In this document: one piece after another, positions 49,064 to 56,875 of the stretch
Layout: each line of letters begins with the position of its first letter
Position numbering within the stretch: the first letter of the stretch is position 1
Assembly (NCBI GenBank): GCA_031261325.1
Contig: JAISKH010000053.1
Location: 29,539-93,538 of the forward strand
Direction: 5' to 3'
DNA: 64,000 nucleotides
Source of the DNA: Oscillospiraceae bacterium
GTDB taxonomy: Bacteria > Bacillota > Clostridia > Oscillospirales > Oscillospiraceae
The notes under the pieces: model-generated
Database searches by the model: none
Seen by the model: only the letters and a program-made list of their open reading frames with translations
What the model was told of the DNA's origin: nothing
Translations under genes and position numbers: made by a program

Positions 49064-50002
49064 TTAGTAAATAATATGACCAGAATATGGTTGTGGCTTA
49101 CCGCAGCTTTTACATTCCGCGAGACTGCTTATCGTCGTTGCGCCGCAATAAACGCAGCGACCACGCAGCCCCGTGCAGCCCACAAAAGCTTTAGACGCAA
49201 TATAGGTAACGCTGTTCGGAATTTTAATATTTGTAAGCACCTTGCAATCGCAAAAAGCCTCCTCCTCGATGCGAGTCACGCTTTTTGGAATTGTGATGCT
49301 AGTAAGCCCTGTGCAACCATAAAAAGCCCCCTCCACAATACTAGTAACGCCGTTCTCAATTGTGATACGGGTAAGCCCTGTGCAATCCGAAAAAGCACTC
49401 TTGCCAATACTTGTAACGCTGTCCGGAATAGTGATTTCGGTAAGCCCTGTGCAGCCAGCAAAAGCCTGCTTCCCAATAATGTTAACGCTGCCCGGAATGG
49501 TGATGCTGGTAAGCCCCGAGCAACTTTGAAAAGCCATTTCTCCAATACTGGTAACACCATCCGGAATTGTGATACCGGTAAGCCCTGTGCAACTATGAAA
49601 AGCAGCATACTCAATACCGGTAACGCCATTCGGAATGGTGATATTGGTAAGACCTGTACAGCCGGAAAAAGCATTCCTCTCAATACCGACAACGCCGTCC
49701 GGGATTGTGACGCTGCGTATATTTTTCATGCCATTAAACACACCCTTGCCTATCGTTAACACACCATCGGGAATCACAACATCAATATCCGCGCCAACGT
49801 ACTCTTTCAGCACCCCCGCAACAATCACAAAATCCGCCGCCTTTGCAGCCCCTTGCGCTTTAGGCGCAACGCCCGTTGCCGCAAGCATACTTTTCAATGC
49901 GCGCAAAGGGTACTCCACCCCGCAGACCTCACAGGTCGCGAACCGCCTGCCGCCGTCCATTACCAGCTTCCCCCCGCAAATGTCACAAACCAATCCCGCC
50001 AT
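49064..50002 (-). CDS. BspA-type leucine-rich-repeat protein flanked by N- and C-terminal zinc-ribbon motifs; no signal peptide
   Basis: 'CDICGG ... CEVCG' at the N-terminus and 'CVYCG ... CKSCG' at the C-terminus. About nine ~23-aa repeats ('ITIPDGVTSIGEMAFQSCSGLTS') in between. Confidence 0.7.
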   Translation of the reverse strand: MAGLVCDICGGKLVMDGGRRFATCEVCGVEYPLRALKSMLAATGVAPKAQGAAKAADFVIVAGVLKEYVGADIDVVIPDGVLTIGKGVFNGMKNIRSVTIPDGVVGIERNAFSGCTGLTNITIPNGVTGIEYAAFHSCTGLTGITIPDGVTSIGEMAFQSCSGLTSITIPGSVNIIGKQAFAGCTGLTEITIPDSVTSIGKSAFSDCTGLTRITIENGVTSIVEGAFYGCTGLTSITIPKSVTRIEEEAFCDCKVLTNIKIPNSVTYIASKAFVGCTGLRGRCVYCGATTISSLAECKSCGKPQPYSGHIIY

Positions 50003-50047
50003 CTAAATAACCTCCCCCAAATAAATGTAAAAAAACCCCTCGTCCAA

Positions 50048-50075
50048 AATTGTCAATTGTCAACTGTCAATTATA
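50048..50075. repeat. Heptad-repeat element (AATTGTC x3-4), intergenic between the LRR gene and iorA
   Basis: AATTGTC AATTGTC AACTGTC AATTATA. Confidence 0.65.
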
Positions 50076-50171
50076 GATTATACCACTATATATTATATTC
50101 ACCGAACTTTCAACCAAATTCCCCACAAGTCGCTTGCCAATCGCATCGTCGCGCGTCGGCAAAAAATAAAC

Positions 50172-50200
50172 TTTACAACCCGCGCGAATATGTGTAAAAT
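50172..50200 (+). promoter_or_regulatory. Putative sigma-A promoter of the iorAB cluster
   Basis: TTTACA-17 nt-TAAAAT lies ~35 nt upstream of the iorA ATG. Confidence 0.4.
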
Positions 50201-50233
50201 ATAAAGATTACAACAGAAAGCGAGACTGAAATC

Positions 50234-52072
50234 ATGTCTATTCGGCTTCTAATGGGCAACGGCGCGATTGCCGAGGGCGCGCTCGCCGCGGGAGTCACCG
50301 TCGCGACGGGCTATCCCGGCACGCCGTCCACAGAAATACTGGAAACCATTGCGAAAATACGCGACAAGAACGTCTACGTCGAGTGGTCGGTCAACGAAAA
50401 GGCCGCGCTCGAGGTCGCGGCGGGCGCGTCCTACGCGGGGCACCGCACGCTCGTAACGATGAAGCAGGTCGGCTTAAACGTCGCGTCCGACCCGCTGATG
50501 AGCCTTGCCTATATCGGCGTAAAAGGCGGCATGGTCGTCGTCGTCGCGGACGACCCGGGACCCATCTCGTCGCAAACGGAACAGGACACGCGCACATTCG
50601 CGCGCTACTCAAAGCTCCCGATATTCGACCCCGCGTCGCCCGAGGAAGCGTACGCCATGATACGCGACGCGTTCGATTACTCCGAAAAGTACTCAACGCC
50701 CGTGCTCTTCCGCCCGACGACGCGCCTTTCCCACGCGAACGCGGCAATCGACGCAACGGACGAGCGCGATGTTCGCCAGCCCGAGGGTTTTGTGAAAGAC
50801 CCCAAATGGGTAATCTTCCCCCGCCTGTCATACGCGGCGCATAAGGCAATCGAGGAGCGCAACCCCGCAATAGGCGAGGACTTCTCGTCCTACCGCTTCA
50901 ACACAATCGAGGGCAACACCTCCGCAAACGGAACAAGACTCGGCATAGCGACAGGCGGCGTGAGCTACGCCTACACGCGCGAAGCCCTGCAAATTCTCGG
51001 CGCGGACTGCCGTATACTCAAAATCGCCACGCCGTACCCGTTCCCCGAGACGCTAGCCGCGCGCTTTCTCAATGAAGTGGATACCGTGCTCGTACTCGAA
51101 GAGCTTGACCCAGTAATCGAGCGCGAACTAATCTACCTCTGCGGCAAGCTCGACAAAAGCGTAAAAATCCTCGGCAAAGGCACCCGCCACACAATAACCT
51201 CAGGCGAAAACTCCGTAGAAACAGTAACGGAGCAATTAGCCTCGTTCCTCAATTGTCAATTGTCAACCGTCAATTGTCAATTGTCACCGCCGTCGCTTCC
51301 GATTCGACCGCCCGTGCTGTGCGCCGGCTGTCCTCACCGCGCGTCGTTTTACGCGGTCAAGAAAGCGATGCACGGCAAAAAGGCAATCTTCTCCGGCGAC
51401 ATCGGCTGTTACACGCTCGGCAACGCGCAGCCGCTCGACATGGTGGATACCTGCCTGTGCATGGGCGCGGGCATCACTCTCGCGCAAGGGCTTTCCCGCG
51501 CGGAACCCGACGCGACCGTGTTCGCCTTCGTCGGCGACTCCACGTTTTTCGCCAGCGGCATGACGGGCGTCGTCAACGCCGTGTACAATAAGCACGACAT
51601 GGTGCTCGTCGTCCTCGATAACCGCATAACCGCCATGACGGGCGGGCAAACGCACCCGGGAATCGGCAAAACGCTGATGAACGAACCCGTCCCGCCGCTG
51701 AATATCCCCGCGATACTCACGGCATTCGGCATAACGCCGCGCGTCGTGAACCCGCTCGACCACAAGGCGGCTGTCGCCGCCGTCAACGAAGCCGCCGCCG
51801 AATCGGGCGTGCGCGCCATCGTGTTTGAATACCCCTGCGTCAACGTCGCGAAGCCGACGGGTTGCGCGTCGGTGGACGCGGATAAGTGTATAGCCTGCGG
51901 GAAGTGCGTGCGCGAGCTTGGTTGCCCCGCTTTGTCAATTGACAACGGACAATTGACAATTGACAATCAAGACGAGAAACGGCGCGTCACCATTGACAAG
52001 TCGCTCTGTACTGGTTGCGGCTTGTGCGCGCAAATGTGCCCCACGGGCGCAATCGCGGAGGTGTCAGAATGA
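50234..52072 (+). CDS. iorA: Indolepyruvate:ferredoxin oxidoreductase alpha subunit
   Basis: N-terminal pyrimidine-binding domain 'GNGAIAEGALAAGV ... YPGTPSTEILE'. TPP motif 'GDIGCYTLG ... GDSTFFASG'. C-terminal 2x[4Fe-4S] 'CIACGKCV ... CTGCGLCAQMCP'. Two in-frame heptad-repeat insertions (see findings). Confidence 0.9.
   Translation: MSIRLLMGNGAIAEGALAAGVTVATGYPGTPSTEILETIAKIRDKNVYVEWSVNEKAALEVAAGASYAGHRTLVTMKQVGLNVASDPLMSLAYIGVKGGMVVVVADDPGPISSQTEQDTRTFARYSKLPIFDPASPEEAYAMIRDAFDYSEKYSTPVLFRPTTRLSHANAAIDATDERDVRQPEGFVKDPKWVIFPRLSYAAHKAIEERNPAIGEDFSSYRFNTIEGNTSANGTRLGIATGGVSYAYTREALQILGADCRILKIATPYPFPETLAARFLNEVDTVLVLEELDPVIERELIYLCGKLDKSVKILGKGTRHTITSGENSVETVTEQLASFLNCQLSTVNCQLSPPSLPIRPPVLCAGCPHRASFYAVKKAMHGKKAIFSGDIGCYTLGNAQPLDMVDTCLCMGAGITLAQGLSRAEPDATVFAFVGDSTFFASGMTGVVNAVYNKHDMVLVVLDNRITAMTGGQTHPGIGKTLMNEPVPPLNIPAILTAFGITPRVVNPLDHKAAVAAVNEAAAESGVRAIVFEYPCVNVAKPTGCASVDADKCIACGKCVRELGCPALSIDNGQLTIDNQDEKRRVTIDKSLCTGCGLCAQMCPTGAIAEVSE
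51251..51285. repeat. 35-bp heptad-repeat element (AATTGTC x5, third unit variant) inside iorA
   Basis: AATTGTC AATTGTC AACCGTC AATTGTC AATTGTC. It is translated in frame as 'NCQLSTVNCQLS' in the linker before the TPP domain. Confidence 0.7.
51946..51980. repeat. 35-bp heptad-repeat element in inverse orientation (CAATTGA x5) inside iorA
   Basis: CAATTGA CAACGGA CAATTGA CAATTGA CAATCAA. It is translated as 'IDNGQLTIDNQ' between the two ferredoxin-type Cys clusters. Confidence 0.7.
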
Positions 52073-52629
52073 ACATTTTACTTGCGGGAGTCGGCGGACA
52101 GGGCACCGTCCTCGCCTCAAAATTGCTCGCGCAATGCGCGCTCGACAAAGGCGAAGCCGTGCACACGGCGGAAACAATCGGCATGGCGCAGCGCGGCGGC
52201 AGCGTCGTCAGTCACGTCCGCATTGGCGCGGGCGCGTTTTCCCCACTGATACCAAAGGCGGCGGCGGACATGCTGATAGGCTTTGAGCCGTCGGAAGCCG
52301 TGCGCTGCCTGCCGTACCTCAAGCCAAACGGAATCGTCATAGTCTCAACGCGCGGCATCATGCCGACGACGGGCGCGTATAACCCCGCGGACATGCTTTC
52401 CTACCTGAAAACCGTAACGGATTCTGCGGTGTTCGTGGACGCGGAGGACGTTTACCGCGTCTGCGGCTCGTACCGACCGCTGAACATCGCCCTGCTCGGC
52501 GCCGCCGCCGCGACTGGCAAACTCGGCTTTACCGTGTCAGACCTCGAGCGGGCAATGCGCGCCCAAATGTCCGCGAAGAACGCGGAAGCGAACCTACCCG
52601 CCCTCGCGCTCGCCGAAGCGCTCAAATGA
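52069..52629 (+). CDS. iorB: Indolepyruvate:ferredoxin oxidoreductase beta subunit
   Basis: 'MNILLAGVGGQGTVLASKLLA' is the gamma-type domain signature. ATG overlaps the iorA stop (ATGA). ~186 aa. Confidence 0.85.
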   Translation: MNILLAGVGGQGTVLASKLLAQCALDKGEAVHTAETIGMAQRGGSVVSHVRIGAGAFSPLIPKAAADMLIGFEPSEAVRCLPYLKPNGIVIVSTRGIMPTTGAYNPADMLSYLKTVTDSAVFVDAEDVYRVCGSYRPLNIALLGAAAATGKLGFTVSDLERAMRAQMSAKNAEANLPALALAEALK

Positions 52630-53692
52630 CGGCGACCGCCGACCGCGACAGGAAGCTCGCGATTAGCATTACGGAGGTCGCGCTCTGCGCCCTCGTCGTG
52701 TTTATCCATATCGCGTCGGATACCGTGTCAAACGGCGAACCGGACAGCCCGTTTACACTCCTCGTCATTCTCGCGCAAAAGCTCGCTGGCTTTGCAATGC
52801 CCGGCTTCATATTCGCGAGCGCGCTGAAAATCACTCTCGGTCGCGGTCGGCGCGGCAAAGGCGCGCGCAATTACGTGCGGTTCATCGTCGGACGAGTTCG
52901 CCGAGTCTACGCGCCGTATATGCTGTGGGTCGTCATATTCTACCTGTTTTTCGTCTGCATTGCGCACTACTTCCCGTTCTCACTCCGCGAGCTGGGCAAC
53001 TATATCCTGCGCGGCAACCTCGTCGCGCACTTCTACTTCATAATCGTCGTCATGCAATTCCACCTCCTCGCGCCCGCAATTGAGCGCGCGGCGGAGAAAT
53101 ACCCGATACCGACAATCGCGCTGTCCGTAATTATCACCTGCGCCGCGCTCACAGCGTCCGGTCGCGGAGTCGGCAACCTGATGTGGGACCGCGTGTTCCC
53201 GTCGTATCTCGTCTACTGGACGCTCGGCACATACGTCGGTCTGAACTACGACAAGCTGCGCCCAAAGCTGACGCAACGCCGCGTGCTGACCGCGTCGCTC
53301 TGCGTCGCAATCGCCGTTCCGCTGCTACTGCTGAGACATACCGCGCGCGCGCAAACGCCGTCAGCGCGTACCTCATGGAAGCCGTGCAGCTCGCCTACCG
53401 AATAGTCGCGCTAACCGCACTATTCACGCTCGCGCTCACCCAAGAACACCGCGTCGGCGCGAAAACCCGCCGCGCAATCGAAGCCGTGCACAACGCGGCG
53501 TTCTATATCTACCTGTCGCACCCGCTCGCGCTGTTCGCGGTAACGCGATTCATTCCGTCGGGCGCGATGATGATAACGCGATTCCTGCTGCGCGCTTTGG
53601 CGGGTTACGTCCCGCCGACCCTGCTCGGCATTGCATATATATCAACAAAGAAAACCGCGCTTAAAAACAGATTGGGGGCAAATAAATTATGA
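52626..53692 (+). pseudogene. Acyltransferase-3 family membrane protein interrupted by a frameshift at a (CG)n tract
   Basis: Frame 1 (52626-53405) carries the N-terminal acyltransferase-3 helices ('FIHIASD ... FIFASALKI'). Frame 3 continues with the C-terminal part ('YIYLSHPLALFAV') to 53692. The switch maps to 'ACCGCGCGCGCGCAAAC' (~53340-53355). Fused, it would be ~355 aa. Confidence 0.55.
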
Positions 53693-54924
53693 AACTGACA
53701 CCTGAACAAACCGAAAAGCTGCGCCGACAACTGGCGCGTCTCGCGAACATCGAGGACGGGTTCTACGCGAAGAAGTTCGGCGGCGCGAACCTCGGCTACG
53801 ACGACCCGCAGGCGGACTTTGAGGCGTTGCCGTTCACGAACAAGGACGAGCTGCGCGACGTGTATCCGCTCGGCATAGCCGCCGCGCCCGAAGAAAAAAT
53901 CGTCCGCATACACTCCTCGTCGGGAACGACGGGCACGCCGATAATCATACCCTACACGCAAAAGGACGTGGACGACTGGGCAATCCAATTCAAGCGCTGC
54001 TACGAAATGGCGGGCATTACGAACACGGACCGCATACAAGTAACGCCCGGCTACGGCTTGTGGACTGCGGGCATAGGCTTCCAGCTCGGCGCGGAGCTGC
54101 TCGGCGCGATGGTCGTGCCCATGGGACCCGGCAACACGGACAAGCAGCTCAAAATGATGGAGGACCTGAAAAGCACCGTCATATGCGCAACGTCGAGCTT
54201 TGCGCTCCTGCTTGCGGAGGAAATTGAAAAGCGCGGCATAAAGGACAAGATACACCTCACCAAAGGCGTAATCGGCAGCGAGCGTTGGGGCGACAAAATG
54301 CGCCGCCGCATAGCGAACGAGCTTGGCGTGAAGCTGTTCGACATTTACGGTCTGACGGAGATTTACGGACCCGGCATCGGCATGAGCTGTGAGCACGAGT
54401 GCGGAATGCATTGCTGGGACGACTACTGCTATTTCGAGATAATCGACCCCAAAACGGGCAAGAACGTCCCCGACGGCGAATTTGGCGAGCTTGTCATTAC
54501 AACGCTGGAAAAAGAGGGCGCGCCGCTTATTCGTTACTGCACGCACGACCTTACGCGTATAATCCCCGGCGAGTGCGAGTGCGGCAGCCCGTACACGCGC
54601 ATCGACACGCTCATTGGGCGCACGGACGACATGGTAAAGGTCAAGGGTGTTAACATCTACCCGGGACAGCTCGAGGACGTTCTGCGCGATATAGAGGGCG
54701 TGTCCAGCGAATATCAGGTCATGATTGACCACCTGAACGGCAAGGACATAATGACGCTGTTCTTTGAGCTTGAGCTGGGTTACAGCAAGCACGACGTGGA
54801 AAACGCCGTCAGAGCCGCAATCAAAAGCCGCATCGGACTCACCGTAGAGCCGAAAAGCGTCTCCATAGGCGAGCTGCCGCGCAGCGAGAAAAAGACCGCC
54901 CGCGTGTTCGATAACCGCTACTAA
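53689..54924 (+). CDS. paaK: Phenylacetate-CoA ligase family protein (PaaK-like; aryl-acetate/indoleacetate-CoA ligase, ADP-forming context)
   Basis: 'IHSSSGTTGTPII' AMP-binding P-loop. 'YGLTE' motif. C-terminal ACT-like domain. It lies downstream of iorAB. Confidence 0.85.
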   Translation: MKLTPEQTEKLRRQLARLANIEDGFYAKKFGGANLGYDDPQADFEALPFTNKDELRDVYPLGIAAAPEEKIVRIHSSSGTTGTPIIIPYTQKDVDDWAIQFKRCYEMAGITNTDRIQVTPGYGLWTAGIGFQLGAELLGAMVVPMGPGNTDKQLKMMEDLKSTVICATSSFALLLAEEIEKRGIKDKIHLTKGVIGSERWGDKMRRRIANELGVKLFDIYGLTEIYGPGIGMSCEHECGMHCWDDYCYFEIIDPKTGKNVPDGEFGELVITTLEKEGAPLIRYCTHDLTRIIPGECECGSPYTRIDTLIGRTDDMVKVKGVNIYPGQLEDVLRDIEGVSSEYQVMIDHLNGKDIMTLFFELELGYSKHDVENAVRAAIKSRIGLTVEPKSVSIGELPRSEKKTARVFDNRY

Positions 54925-55842
54925 ATGAAGCGACTCCTAACCGCGCTTCTGTGCATACTCCTGCTCGCGTCCTGCTCCGCCAATAACGCAAAAAACCCCG
55001 TAACGCGAGAGTTTTTCGCGATGGATACCGTCATGACCCTGACGATTTATTCTGTGCGCGGCGCAGACCGCGCGCAAGCGGCGGACGAAGTGGTTGCCCT
55101 CGTCGAGCAGCTCGCGGAGGACATTCTGGACAAGAACGCAACCACGGCGGACGAAGAGGAAATGATGCGCTGGGCAACCGAAGCTTACAACCTCACGGAC
55201 GGAATGTTTGACGTCACGCTCGCGCCCGTAATTCGCGCGTGGGGCTTCGGCACGGGCGAGTATCGCGTTCCCGCCGCCGACGAGCTGCAAGCCCTGCTCG
55301 CGAGCCGCAACAAGGACGACATTGACTACGGCGGCATAGCCAAGGGCTATGCGTCCGACCTCGCGTCGTCGCGCGTACTCGGTGGGCAGAGCGGCAACTC
55401 GTCAATCGCGGACTTCGGCGGCAACGTCTGCGCCGTAGGCTCACGACCCGACGGTAAGCCGTGGCGCGTCGCCGTCCGCGACCCGCTGAACACAGAAAGC
55501 ACCTGCGGCACGTTGGAGCTGACGAACTGCGCCGCCGTCACCTCGGGCGGCTATCAGCGCAATTTCACGCAAGACGGCGTGACATATCACCACATAATCG
55601 ACCCGCGCACGGGCTACCCCGCGCAGTCGGGGCTTGCGTCCGTTACCGTCGTGTGCGAGACAGGCGCACTTGCCGACGGCTTGTCAACGGGCTTATTCGT
55701 GCTCGGCAAGGAACGCGCGCTCGAAATCTGGCGCGAGAACCGAGACAAGTTCGACCTCGTACTGATTGAGGAAAACGGCGCGCTCACGGTCACGGACGGA
55801 TTATCGTTCACCTCCGACCGCGCCTTTGAGGTAGCGTCATGA
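54925..55842 (+). CDS. apbE: FAD:protein FMN transferase (ApbE family) lipoprotein
   Basis: Lipobox 'LLASCS'. 'FFAMDTVMTL', 'IAKGYASD' and 'GGNVCAVG' are ApbE motifs. Confidence 0.85.
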   Translation: MKRLLTALLCILLLASCSANNAKNPVTREFFAMDTVMTLTIYSVRGADRAQAADEVVALVEQLAEDILDKNATTADEEEMMRWATEAYNLTDGMFDVTLAPVIRAWGFGTGEYRVPAADELQALLASRNKDDIDYGGIAKGYASDLASSRVLGGQSGNSSIADFGGNVCAVGSRPDGKPWRVAVRDPLNTESTCGTLELTNCAAVTSGGYQRNFTQDGVTYHHIIDPRTGYPAQSGLASVTVVCETGALADGLSTGLFVLGKERALEIWRENRDKFDLVLIEENGALTVTDGLSFTSDRAFEVAS

Positions 55843-56234
55843 AAAAACGCAAACACACGCTCGAAATCATAATAGCCGCCGTATTCCTCATCAGCTCCGC
55901 AACGGCGCTAGTCATTCACCTCAACCGCGAGTCGCGCGGCGTAATCGGCGTGTACCGAGACGGCGTGCTGCTGAGCACGTTCACGCTCGACGGCATTGAG
56001 CCGCTCGACTATGAAGTAGTCGGCGAAAACGGCGAAATGAACCTTGTACATATCGACAGCGATGGCGCGCGAATGTTGCTCGCCAACTGCCCCGACAAGC
56101 TCTGCGTGCTGCACGGCAAGCTCGCGGGCAACGAACCGATAATCTGCCTGCCGAACCGCGTCGTCGTCAAGTGGCTCTCCGCCGCCGAATTATCCGCGGA
56201 AACAGCGTCCCGAACGGACGCAACGCTACCATGA
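55839..56234 (+). CDS. NusG domain II-containing membrane-anchored protein
   Basis: N-terminal TM + ~100-aa beta domain. This gene type typically occurs with ApbE and Gx transporters. Assignment is by context and architecture. Confidence 0.5.
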   Translation: MKKRKHTLEIIIAAVFLISSATALVIHLNRESRGVIGVYRDGVLLSTFTLDGIEPLDYEVVGENGEMNLVHIDSDGARMLLANCPDKLCVLHGKLAGNEPIICLPNRVVVKWLSAAELSAETASRTDATLP

Positions 56235-56731
56235 GCCGCACGCGTAAGCTTGCGACGGCGGCGCTTCTCGCGTCCCTCGCGCTCGTGCTGCACATGGCGG
56301 AAGCCGCGCTCCCGCCGCTCGTCGCGATTCCCGGAATAAAACTCGGGCTTGCCAATGTCGTGACCCTGTTCGCGATGGTGACGCTCGGCATACCCTGCGC
56401 CGCGGGAGTTCTCGCCGCGCGCATCTTCGTCGGCGGGTTGCTCGGCGGCGGACTGTCCGCCATGCTCTACGGCGCGGCGGGCGGCTTAGCAAGCTTTGCG
56501 CTGATGTCGTTATTATGCCGAAAATTTCAGCGCAAACGGCTTTGGATTGTCTCCGCGCTCTGCGCCGTCGCGCATAATTACGGACAGCTCGCCGTCGCGA
56601 TTGCCGTAACCGGCAGGGCGGAAATCATCTGGTATGCCCCTGTTTTGACAGCCGTCGGCATAATCGCGGGCGCACTCACCGGCGTGTGCGCGACGCTCGT
56701 CCTAAACAGGCTGGAAAAGGCGCGAAAGTGA
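56231..56731 (+). CDS. Gx transporter family protein (heptaprenyl diphosphate synthase component I-like integral membrane protein)
   Basis: 166 aa, 5 TM. 'GIKLGLANVVTLFAM' and Gly-rich helices are present. It is co-located with apbE/NusG_II. Confidence 0.55.
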   Translation: MSRTRKLATAALLASLALVLHMAEAALPPLVAIPGIKLGLANVVTLFAMVTLGIPCAAGVLAARIFVGGLLGGGLSAMLYGAAGGLASFALMSLLCRKFQRKRLWIVSALCAVAHNYGQLAVAIAVTGRAEIIWYAPVLTAVGIIAGALTGVCATLVLNRLEKARK

Positions 56732-56875
56732 TAAAGCTTCGCAACCGTCAAATTGCCGAACGGCGCTGAATTTTCGTCATAGCAAAAAGCCGCTAAATAT
56801 GCTATAGTTAACCACAAGCCGCACACAACGGCTTGTGGTTGTGTTACGTAGGTTATAAACCGGAAAGGTGAGTAA

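Noticed and set aside
52015-52068. Longer iorB start in the ORF track (MRLVRANVPHG...)
   Set aside because: This is the 3' end of iorA in another frame. The ATG at 52069, overlapping the iorA stop, gives the conserved 'MNILLAGVGGQGT' N-terminus.
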